From Patescibacteria group bacterium (GTDB lineage Bacteria > Patescibacteriota > Microgenomatia > Levybacterales > UBA12049), in assembly GCA_038063415.1 (NCBI GenBank), contig JBBTVD010000002.1, forward strand, positions 792-64,791: a stretch of DNA of 64,000 nucleotides. Direction: 5' to 3'. The notes under the pieces are model-generated. The model was not told the DNA's origin. It saw only the letters and a list, made by a program, of their open reading frames with translations, and did not search any database. Position numbers and translations under genes: made by a program. How positions within the stretch are numbered: position 1 is the first letter of the stretch; each line of letters opens with the position of its first letter. This document shows, in pieces, positions 21,018 through 29,167 of this stretch.

Positions 21018-21653
21018 TTACCGGGAAAAGGTAATTGTCTGAATCATCTGTTCAAAGGTTTCAATTTTCTTCGTTACTGATACATCTTTTTCATTGATAT
21101 ACCCTCCTACATACACATTCAGGACATTTCCTCGTTCATTTTTGTCAGTAAGATAATAATTGTGAATATCTTTTGGAAGTGGATTTCTAATTCCATAGCC
21201 GTTATTGATAATTACCCAATCGGTCTTATCTGGATACGTTTTGCAATTACTCCCACAGTCACTTTTTCTAAAGGCGCTAAAGCCATCAATCCCTTTTTTG
21301 TTGGTATTTGCCAAATAAAGCGCTGTCACTTTACCCGGGAGTTTCTTTTTGCTATCTTCAGCAAAAATAAACACGGTAATTCTCCCTTCTGAAGTTTGTC
21401 GCTCATCAATCATAATGTCTTCAGGATACTTCATAGAGTAACGCAATGTTTCGTCAGTAAACGTTTGCCAGGTATCAATAGCTGCGTCAGGCGTTGGTAT
21501 GGTGATAAATTGTGTAGGCTTTGCTGTTGGATATGCTTTGAATGGAGTCGATGTTTGTTTATTGGTAAAAAGGATGCTCGTACCAATAATACCTATCCCA
21601 AGAACAAGAGCGCTAGTAATAAAAACAAGATGCTTTGTTTTCCTTTTTTTCAT
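21018..21653 (-). CDS. Exported/anchored protein with N-terminal TM, PT linker and PsbP-like W.T....YS.KYP domain
   Basis: Basic N-terminus + hydrophobic helix; WQTFTDETLRYSMKYP; FEQMIQTITF end. Confidence 0.65.
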   Translation of the reverse strand: MKKRKTKHLVFITSALVLGIGIIGTSILFTNKQTSTPFKAYPTAKPTQFITIPTPDAAIDTWQTFTDETLRYSMKYPEDIMIDERQTSEGRITVFIFAEDSKKKLPGKVTALYLANTNKKGIDGFSAFRKSDCGSNCKTYPDKTDWVIINNGYGIRNPLPKDIHNYYLTDKNERGNVLNVYVGGYINEKDVSVTKKIETFEQMIQTITFSR

Positions 21654-21701
21654 AGACGTTATCTGATGCAATTATACCATAGGTTTGTTATACTAATCCG
21701 T

Positions 21702-22553
21702 ATGCACAAGCTCAGTGTAATCCTCGCTACCTTTAATGAAGAGAAAAATCTCGGCCCCTGTCTTGAGGCGCTTAAAGATATCGCTGACGAATTTGTCATC
21801 GTTGATGGAACATCTACTGATAAGACTGTTGCAATAGCAAAAAGTTACGGGGCTCGCGTGCTTGTCAGGCAGAATGAAAAGATTTTCCATATCAATAAGC
21901 AGAAAGCGCTTGATATGGCACGTAACGAATGGGTACTCCAAATGGATGCTGATGAAATTGTCAGTAAAGAACTTGCCAAAGAAATAATGCAAGTTATTAC
22001 TATGACGAAAGAAGAGCTTGAGGCATATCAAGAGAAGCTCCCAAACAAAAAACTTTTTCTTCGTCATCAGAAACTTCTGGCAGACCGTGATGGCAATATT
22101 GGTACAGAAGGTGGAGATTATGCCGCCTTTTTTATCCCACGTCTTAACTACTTCCTGGGTAAATACCTTCGATATGGAGGTGTCTATCCTGATGGGGTAA
22201 TCCGTCTTATCAAAAAAAGTAAATCACATTTCCCTTGTGTAAGCGTGCATGAACAGATAGCTGTCGATGGTCGAGTGGGCTGGCTCCAACATGATCTGTT
22301 GCATATGGCCGACCCCACTTTTGAGCGGTATCTCAAACGAAACAGTCGTTATATAAATCTGATTGTTGATGAACTCAAACAAGAAAAACATGTCTCAGCA
22401 TTTGCGTATATGGTGACACTTCCTCTTGGTTGGTTCTTCGCAACGACTTTTCGCCATAAGGGAATCCTTGATGGTTGGCAAGGGGTAACCTTCTCGTTTT
22501 TCTCTGCGCTTCGTTTCCCTCGGGCATATCTACGGTACAAAAAACAAAAGTAG
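21702..22553 (+). CDS. GT2 glycosyltransferase (WaaE-like)
   Basis: MHKLSVILATFNEE, VDGTSTD, DADE, YPD, VHE; ATG 21702 follows TGT-TATACT -10 box. Confidence 0.85.
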   Translation: MHKLSVILATFNEEKNLGPCLEALKDIADEFVIVDGTSTDKTVAIAKSYGARVLVRQNEKIFHINKQKALDMARNEWVLQMDADEIVSKELAKEIMQVITMTKEELEAYQEKLPNKKLFLRHQKLLADRDGNIGTEGGDYAAFFIPRLNYFLGKYLRYGGVYPDGVIRLIKKSKSHFPCVSVHEQIAVDGRVGWLQHDLLHMADPTFERYLKRNSRYINLIVDELKQEKHVSAFAYMVTLPLGWFFATTFRHKGILDGWQGVTFSFFSALRFPRAYLRYKKQK

Positions 22554-22679
22554 TTTCTTTGCAAAAGCCTTTGACGTTTTGTCAAGAATCTTGACACGTT
22601 TATCTATTGACAAGAGAGAAGGTGTGTCGTGTATACTTAATGCGGAGACATTTGTCTCTTTTTTTTATACCATACTATT

Positions 22680-23069
22680 GTGAGAAACAGACTGACTGCC
22701 CTTATTGTTCTCGTGCTTGGATTTTTTTCGTTTTCCATTGCTCCTGTCTTTGCTATTGAAGCAATTCCAATCCCCAGGTCTCCCTACTCTTTTGTCGGTG
22801 CTTATCAAACAGATCTTTTTACAGGGAGCGGCAATTATAATTATCCACTCAAAGTCCCAAAAGGGGTTAATGATCTTACTCCAGAGGTAAACCTTTCTTA
22901 TAATAGTTCGTCGGGTTATTCGTTCTCTTCTTTTGTTGGGAATGGTTGGCAGATAAATCGTGATTATATTGAGCGCGATGTCAATTTTACTCCCGCCAAT
23001 AGTAGTACGGGAGATGACAAGTTTAAACTATCGCTCAACGGTTCAGTCTATGAATTCCCGACTGAGTAA
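22680..23069 (+). pseudogene. N-terminal SpvB-like fragment of a secreted Rhs/TcdB-type protein
   Basis: Signal peptide, then DLFTGSGNYNYPLKVPKG..LTPEVNLSYNS...VGNGW; stops after 129 aa. Confidence 0.75.
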
Positions 23070-23557
23070 CGTTACCGTCAAGACAAATAATACACTCGTT
23101 CGGCAATACGACTTTGCTTTTTCACTTGCAGAAAGTAACCAGAGTCTCCTCAATTCCATTACTGAGAAAGGAAGCGACGGATCATCCCTCCCACCAACGA
23201 CTTTTGCGTATAAACCAGAAATCAAAAGTTGGAATTCCCAAAAAGAAATTTGGATAAATAATGCCTATATTGATTCCAATCTTGAGAGGCAAGATACAGC
23301 CCTTGCAGATGTTAATGGAGATGGCTATCCCGATATTGTCAGAACAGTACATCATGGAGGACCAAATGTTACTTGGAAAGTGCTCTACAACCAGGGAGGC
23401 AATAGTTGGTCTACCCAATTTCAAGTTGTAATAAATAACGTAGCAATGGAAGATGCTCGTCTTGATCGTAATGATGTAAGACTTGTTGATGTGACTGGTG
23501 ACCAGCTCCCTGATATTGTTATGGCAGTAACATCAAACCCATGGAGGGTTTGGAGAA
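23056..23557 (+). pseudogene. FG-GAP/TcdB-like fragment of the Rhs protein, truncated at REP copy 1
   Basis: SRLSNV..VRQYDF..LNSITEKGSDGSSLPPTTFAY; DVNGDGYPDIV and DVTGDQLPDIV FG-GAP repeats; different frame from the SpvB piece. Confidence 0.75.
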
Positions 23558-23604
23558 TAACCACCACCCTAACCACCACCCTCCAGGTGGAGTAGGTTTA
23601 CACC
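23558..23604 (-). repeat. RAYT-associated REP copy 1 with 12-nt tandem duplication
   Basis: Reverse complement reads GGTGTAAA-cctact-CCACC-tgga-GGGTGG; TAACCACCACCC x2 (23558-23581). Confidence 0.85.
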
Positions 23605-23643
23605 CAATACATTTCCCGCTAGTAAGAAAATAGAGAGAGGAGT

Positions 23644-23696
23644 AACAACCACCCTCCAGGTGAACCACCACCCTTCAGGTGAAACAGCTTTACACC
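23644..23696 (-). repeat. RAYT-associated REP copy 2 with 19-nt imperfect duplication
   Basis: Reverse complement GGTGTAAA-gctgtt-TCACC-tgaa-GGGTGG; aacaaccaccctccaggtg / aaccaccacccttcaggtg. Confidence 0.85.
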
Positions 23697-23792
23697 TATA
23701 AATTGATTAAAAAAGGGAGAGTGAATATCCCCATATAGAATGTCTATTTTTAAGATATTAAACAACCAATTTTATTAGACTAAAATAATACT

Positions 23793-24464
23793 ATGGCAGC
23801 TAATCGGAAGTTAATATTTTTGAATGAAAGTTATTATCATGTATTTAACCGAGGTATTGATAGGCGAGTAACATTTACAAACAAACGAGAACATGATCGT
23901 GCAATAGAGCTTCTTTCTTTTTATCAATATGCAACGATCCCCCTCCGTTATTCTCATTTTTCCTTATTGCCAGAAGATAAAAAAGAGGAATATTTATCGA
24001 CAATGATAAGCAGTGGAAAGATAGTAGATGTGATTGCTTATAGCCTTATGCCAAATCATTTTCATCTACTCCTCAAACAAAAGAAAGAAAAAGGAATAGC
24101 AACATATCTTGCGAACTTTATGAACGCATACACAAAGTACTTTAATACAAAACATGCCAGAACAGGGTCATTATTTCAAGGAATATTTAAAGCAATATAT
24201 GTCGAAACAGATGAACAGCTTATTCATCTCACCTGTTATATCCATCTTAATCCCGTAGCATCCAGTCTGATCTCTCCAGCGCAGTTAACAACCTATATGT
24301 GGTCATCGTATCCAGCTTATATTGGTATAGATACCGATAATTTAGTAAGTCGTGATGCTATACAATCAATTAAAGCATTGGTTAATAGTTACGAAGATTT
24401 TGTAAAAGATCAAATAGCCTATGCAAAAGAACTTGAAAAGATTAAGCATATGACTTTTGAATAA
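23793..24464 (+). mobile_element. REP-associated tyrosine transposase (RAYT/TnpA-REP; HUH Y1 family)
   Basis: YYHVFNRG, YSLMPNHFHLLL (HUH), GSLFQG.FKA, YIHLNP (catalytic Tyr), WSSY; flanked by inverted REPs; no tnpB. Confidence 0.9.
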
Positions 24465-24467
24465 TAA

Positions 24468-24518
24468 GGTGTAAAGCTAAAACACCCTCCGGGTGGCGAT
24501 CTCCCGGGTGGCGATCTC
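24468..24518 (+). repeat. RAYT-associated REP copy 3 with 15-nt perfect duplication
   Basis: GGTGTAAA-gctaaa-ACACC-ctcc-GGGTGG; CCGGGTGGCGATCTC x2 (24489-24518). Confidence 0.85.
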
Positions 24519-24653
24519 TAGTAGCGGTAAAATTCTCTCTCATAAGTCTCTCCCGCAGTCTTACAGGTATTAATATCGTTCTCTTTTGTGATTGGAAGTG
24601 ACTGCAATTTTTGCAGATTGATACTTTCACCCGTAAAGTTATAAAATAACCTT

Positions 24654-25606
24654 ATGAGTTCAGAGGGTTCAGGAGAATATATAGGCGTACCGACTGGAGG
24701 GATACCAAAAAGCGTCTTCCGATTTGATCCCACAAGGAGAGACCAAACCTTTACTACCGCTTCAGGAGCAAGATTGGTCGGAGATGTCACCAGAGACAGA
24801 ATTTTTATTCACAACCCTAACGGATTTGGTGAATTTGGTGCAAAAATAGAAACGTACAACGGAAAGCCTCTGGTGCGCTTTACCATTAACAATGTACTTT
24901 GGGGACCACAGGGACACAGGGACACAGGGACACAGGGACACGGGCAAAGCATCCTGACATTTATCCAGCAAGGCTTCTTGCGGAAACGATGCGATACTTT
25001 CGGGAGCAAGGACATGATATTCGCTACCTAAAAGGTGATTGGACAGATGCACCACAAGAAGGAACAAATTATAATCAGTATTGGAACTATTTACGAGGAT
25101 TAGGAAAAGACACTTTCACCGATGCAGATAAGGCAGCGGCAGCACGACGGACATGGACAGGAAACCAAGCTCGCCTCTATGGTTTCACTGATGTCGTGGA
25201 TGTTCGGGAACTACAAGATGCTTTTGAAAGAAAGGTTGTGGTTATCTTTGGCAAGCCTCAAGAGCAAGCTCCATCACCACCCTCAGCTGAGCCTCAAAAA
25301 ATAACACCTCCACCAACTCCTGAGACAGGCGTTTCAGTAGGTGGAGGAGCAAGTATCCGAGTAGCAAAAGAGTAGCTTGGGACTGCTGATGAAAAACTAA
25401 CTGAGGTTGTTGGCATTTTAGGTCAGTCAGCACAAGAGATTGAGGATATCCGTGGCGCAGTTCTCGCCGTCGCTGAGGGGTTAAATAATCCCGCTATTGC
25501 CAATTTATTAGCTGCATTGGAAAATCTGAATGATGCCGCACAACAAGGTGCTGGTCGTCTTGAAAATGCAAGAGTTGATACGGAAGAGTATCGAGAGAAT
25601 TTATAG
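24654..25606 (+). pseudogene. Interrupted gene: polymorphic-toxin-like domain + Pro linker + ESAT-6-like helical tail
   Basis: TTGATA-18-TAAAAT promoter 6 nt before ATG; frameshift at (CACAGGGA)4; AARRTWTG.QA..YGF motif; in-frame TAG at 25373 followed by 76 open codons. Confidence 0.55.
24907..24941 (+). repeat. 8-bp tandem repeat (CACAGGGA)x4 plus partial copy
   Basis: Read directly at the junction of ORFs 24654 and 24899. Confidence 0.9.
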
Positions 25607-25690
25607 CCACTCTATACCAAACAACTTAATCACGAACTCCCCCCCCGTCTTGCTGTCTCTTTTTCGCTTCTTCCATAAGTTTACGATGAT

Positions 25691-25796
25691 AACCACCCTC
25701 TAGGTAGAATAGCTTTACACATGCTACGTTGGTAGAAGTAAGGGGGAGGTGTAAACTTAGACCACCCGTCGGGTGGTAATTACCGGGTGGTAATTA
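25691..25796. repeat. REP copies 4 (reverse, degenerate) and 5 (forward, duplicated arm) forming a gene-less REPIN/MITE-like pair
   Basis: aaccaccctctaggtagaatagcTTTACAC, 27-nt spacer, GGTGTAAA-cttaga-CCACC-cgtc-GGGTGG; CGGGTGGTAATTA x2. Confidence 0.8.
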
Positions 25797-26078
25797 TTTT
25801 ATTGGATACTTGCAAATATATTTGTATTGTTTATTCAAATTGTTATCTTTATTTTATATGTGATTTTAGTTGCAGATATTGGTTTTAAGCTTGATCCTGA
25901 AGTAGAGAACTCAATAGTTCCATAATTTTTTGCTTCAGCGAGCAGCATCTCTCTTTCTTACTTTGCATTCAGTAAGTTACGTTATTCGATTATTAAACTT
26001 GTACTGACATTCTTACTTGGAATAGTGTTATCTGTTATTGGATTTGTCGCAGTAATAATAGCTTTTCAAGCAATTTAG
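25797..26078 (+). pseudogene. Remnant of a ~3-TM membrane protein (possibly an immunity gene)
   Basis: Hydrophobic frame FYWILANIFVLF... begins right at REP copy 5 with no start codon; internal TAA at 25923; continues to TAG 26076. Confidence 0.45.
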
Positions 26079-26088
26079 CTTAATATGA

Positions 26089-26208
26089 CTACAGTATGAT
26101 GCCAATGGGAATATGACATCGGATGGGACCAAATGCTATGAGTACAATGAAGCCAATCAGATGGTGAAGGTGAAGAAGTGCAGTAACAACCAGACGATAG
26201 CAGAGTAA
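26089..26208 (+). pseudogene. Short Rhs/YD-repeat fragment
   Basis: Translates LQYDANGNMTSDGTKCYEYNEANQMVKVKKCSNNQTIAE*. Confidence 0.75.
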
Positions 26209-26212
26209 ATAC

Positions 26213-26410
26213 TCATAAATCTCCCTTCATCAGCTCACTACGCCTATTCCATTCTTTCCAACCTATAAGAGCAATAGTCGTCATTAATGGTATGGCTAAA
26301 ATCCACAAGGCTAAATATACCCCAATCTTGAGGCTAGACACAACATTTTCAACTCTTTCCACAAGACGTGTGCTCATGGTTAGAGTCGTTGGTAAAGTTG
26401 CTGCATTCAT
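26213..26410 (-). CDS. Small single-TM protein
   Basis: 65 aa with a hydrophobic helix; consensus TTGACA-17-TATACT promoter on the minus strand (26420-26448). Confidence 0.55.
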   Translation of the reverse strand: MNAATLPTTLTMSTRLVERVENVVSSLKIGVYLALWILAIPLMTTIALIGWKEWNRRSELMKGDL

Positions 26411-26468
26411 ATGTCCCGTAGTATATCGACATGTTACTATTTTGTCAATAGTTATTGGTGTAAGAGGT

Positions 26469-26516
26469 GGTGTAAATCCATACCACCCGTCGGGTGGTAA
26501 TTGCGGGTGGTAATTG
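26469..26516 (+). repeat. RAYT-associated REP copy 6 with 13-nt perfect duplication
   Basis: GGTGTAAA-tccata-CCACC-cgtc-GGGTGG; CGGGTGGTAATTG x2 (26491-26516). Confidence 0.85.
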
Positions 26517-26574
26517 TTATCTCAATCAGCCCTAGGGGTTGCATTCGTTTCTAGAATACGGGCGCCGAATGGGT

Positions 26575-26603
26575 TTGACACATATTTTTATAAGGATTAT
26601 ACT
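26575..26603 (+). promoter_or_regulatory. Sigma70 promoter, leaderless
   Basis: TTGACA-17-TATACT, 6 nt before ATG 26610. Confidence 0.7.
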
Positions 26604-26609
26604 CATGCA

Positions 26610-27174
26610 ATGAAAGAAAAACAGCCAACAAGAAGAGAGGCAATCGGTCTCGGCTTAAGTGCGATGGTAATTGCAACCAGCTGCAGTTCAGAAGGGCAAC
26701 CTTCTTCTGAAGCATTGAACAGCCAAGATTGGCTATTAAGGTCAGACGATCCTAATCTTATTCATACGGTAGAAAATTTTCTTCTTGAAACTAGCAATAC
26801 GTTATCGCTGTTGAAGCTGCACAACCCTATTCCAAACTACCTTCAACAGCGCTCCCTATAGAACAAAAGCACTTTAGATTTAAGCAAGAAAACAATACCT
26901 ATGATCAGTTCAATTAAGAAGTCCCCAAACAGCTACAAAACCAGCTTCTAGCGAGATATGGGGATCAATAGATAATGGAGAAACACGTGTAACCATCCTT
27001 GTCCGAAGTGATGAATATGGGGTTACAGTAGGAAGATCACATCAAAATTCACACACCGATGTAAGTCCAACTCCAACTCCACAATCTTCAGCTATTGATC
27101 CAGAAAATGCCGAAAATGCCTTGGAACAAGCACGTATCTTCTTCGCTGATATACAACAAGCAGCAGAATCTTAG
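26610..27174 (+). pseudogene. Decayed lipoprotein gene (RR-containing signal, lipobox-like ATSC)
   Basis: MKEKQPTRREAIGLGLSAMVIATSC; stops at 26861; protein-like frame resumes (NGETRVTIL..PTPTP..QQAAES*) to 27174. Confidence 0.45.
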
Positions 27175-27206
27175 CATAGATTCTTGCTCCGGTCAGGTTG
27201 CCACTT

Positions 27207-28973
27207 TCACTTGAGAGGGTTTTCTGGCTCTTCATGTTGTTCAGAGGTAATCAACCATCTATCACAGAATGTTACTTCATCCATTTGCTCAATCGCAAAA
27301 TCTGAGAAGGTATGATTATTTTTCCAGGGCATCATTTCTACTCCACGACAAAGATTGCCATTGATCACTTTATAAATATGCCCTGAATCTGCTCGGTCAA
27401 AGATATAATACGAAGCTTTTGCTTTGCTCAGACAACTTTTTCGAGTAGTGGAAACGATATAGGTCACTGTCGGCGCTGCTTTTTGTGGACAGACATTGGT
27501 AAAGGTAGCTGAGTCGATGGTATAATTCCCCTTCAGGAATTCCTCCTTTTGTTTGGTCAGCAGACTCGTTTTTTTTTGCGGATCACTGTAAAAAATTGTT
27601 TCCAGATACACTTCTCTTGGAGAATCATCAATCACTATCACAGGGAAGCCCTGGGCTGTCTCAAAAGAAACATATTTGGCAAGCGCTCGCTGGCTCGTAT
27701 AGAAATTTTCTTGACCCAAAATTGGCAGACGAAAGAAATAGAAGTAGAGAAAATTGAAATACCCAAAAGACATGATACCTATCAGTATCACGGCAAAAGC
27801 TTTTTTATATACAGCTTTCGGCATAAGCTTATAAAAAACAAACATGCCATATGCGCAGAGAACGATCAGTAAAGGGAGTAACATAAAGGATCGAGTGATG
27901 ATGGCTTCTGATTGCGCACTCACGGCCGAAGGAAGAGGGACAATGAGAATCAATGCCAGTAAAGAGAAAAACGTGATGCGATTTTTCCTGGCAAGAGAAA
28001 AGATTGCAAAAACAATAAAGACACATTCATACCAATAAAAGAGTCCATGATAGTGATAGCTAAGAACAGCTCTGGGGTCACCCGTTATAAATAAGTGCAA
28101 TGGAGAAATCACGACAAAATAATTCTGTGCCATTAGTCGCAAAGATTCAGTACCTTTATTAATAAAAAGTGAAGAAAAAGGAGAAAGAATAGACTGCGTT
28201 CTGAATTCATTGACGTATTTGGTGAGCAGCTCAGAGTTCAGAAAGATAATGTCATCGGCTCTGCCAGTGATGATAGAACTGGAAATCAAGAGATTTTCGA
28301 GTGCATAGATGCAAAGGAATAAGACCATTGCGATGGCAAAAGTAATTTCATCATGGAGAGGAGCTTTCTCTTCTTTTTTTTGCTGCATGCGATACACAAG
28401 ACAGATGAGAATAATTGGTAAGAAAAGAAGCTTGGCTCCATGATAGGAAAAAAAGCCAAGAACAAAAGCCAGAAAAGCAAAGAGCAATTTGTAGCCATGT
28501 ACTCGTAACAATAAGATTATTCCAAGCAAATAAAAGAACAATGCAAAGGAGGTCTCTACCGCAAAATGGGAGAGGAAGTAAGCCCACGGATTAATCAAAA
28601 AAAGTATCGCAGCAAGGTAGGCAACCGATTTCTTTTTGAAAAGTAGATACGCGAAATATCCTACTAAGCCACTTATTATACAGGTGAGAATTACATAGGG
28701 AATACGGACAGTTTCATGAGAGAGAGGGAAAATCATCCATAAGGGAGAAAGGAGCAACGGTGCAATGGGACTAATTTCTCCCAATGTCCCTGTCTGAAGA
28801 AGTGACAGAGGAAACGGCGTCCCGGAAAGATCTTCTCCAAAAAGTGCATATGTTTTACTACTGAGAGAATACTCTATCTCGTCATGACTCACCCCCGGGG
28901 GAAGCATCGTAACCCACAAAAATTGCGTGGCAAGCAACACAACAAAGACTAGAAAGATAAGGACTTTCTTCAT
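27207..28973 (-). CDS. GT-C fold glycosyltransferase (GT39/PMT_2-like)
   Basis: PPGVSHDE..Y, GED, NPW, LFITGD; many TM segments; ATG 28973 follows TATAAT. Confidence 0.8.
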   Translation of the reverse strand: MKKVLIFLVFVVLLATQFLWVTMLPPGVSHDEIEYSLSSKTYALFGEDLSGTPFPLSLLQTGTLGEISPIAPLLLSPLWMIFPLSHETVRIPYVILTCIISGLVGYFAYLLFKKKSVAYLAAILFLINPWAYFLSHFAVETSFALFFYLLGIILLLRVHGYKLLFAFLAFVLGFFSYHGAKLLFLPIILICLVYRMQQKKEEKAPLHDEITFAIAMVLFLCIYALENLLISSSIITGRADDIIFLNSELLTKYVNEFRTQSILSPFSSLFINKGTESLRLMAQNYFVVISPLHLFITGDPRAVLSYHYHGLFYWYECVFIVFAIFSLARKNRITFFSLLALILIVPLPSAVSAQSEAIITRSFMLLPLLIVLCAYGMFVFYKLMPKAVYKKAFAVILIGIMSFGYFNFLYFYFFRLPILGQENFYTSQRALAKYVSFETAQGFPVIVIDDSPREVYLETIFYSDPQKKTSLLTKQKEEFLKGNYTIDSATFTNVCPQKAAPTVTYIVSTTRKSCLSKAKASYYIFDRADSGHIYKVINGNLCRGVEMMPWKNNHTFSDFAIEQMDEVTFCDRWLITSEQHEEPENPLK

Positions 28974-29167
28974 AGATTTCTCTATTATAAAGAGTTTCAC
29001 TTACCTTCTGTCAATACATGAGATTACTATAATCAATACTCCTTCCACTACATCGGGGATGAATTAGGCTTGTGTTTATCCCTCTAAAAGCTACTTTTTG
29101 TTTTTGTCAATGTTCTTGACAACTGTGTCATCGTAGAGAGAATTTTATTCATATAATATATAGGAAT

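Noticed and set aside
21396-21701. N-terminal extension of the GT2 ORF 21396..22553
   Set aside because: Overlaps the minus-strand gene; the GT2 domain and a -10 box point to ATG 21702
22571-22637. TGTCAA-N5-TTGACA palindrome as a regulator site (similar near 29106)
   Set aside because: Explainable as back-to-back -35 boxes; no regulator evidence
23793-24464. IS200/IS605 insertion sequence
   Set aside because: 223-aa length, NRG/NP/WSSY motifs, multiple inverted flanking repeats and no tnpB fit a RAYT
24518-24790. Minus-strand 90-aa ORF
   Set aside because: Overlaps the better-supported plus-strand gene and its promoter; only the last ~30 codons might be a gene remnant
25373-25925. Stop-codon recoding to explain in-frame TAG and TAA
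   Set aside because: TAG, TAA and TGA all terminate intact genes in the window; nonsense mutation in a decaying zone is simpler
23558-26516. REP copies as a CRISPR array or integron attC sites
   Set aside because: Mixed orientations, spacings from 27 nt to >1 kb, no cas genes or tyrosine integrase, no GTTRRRY/RYYYAAC ends
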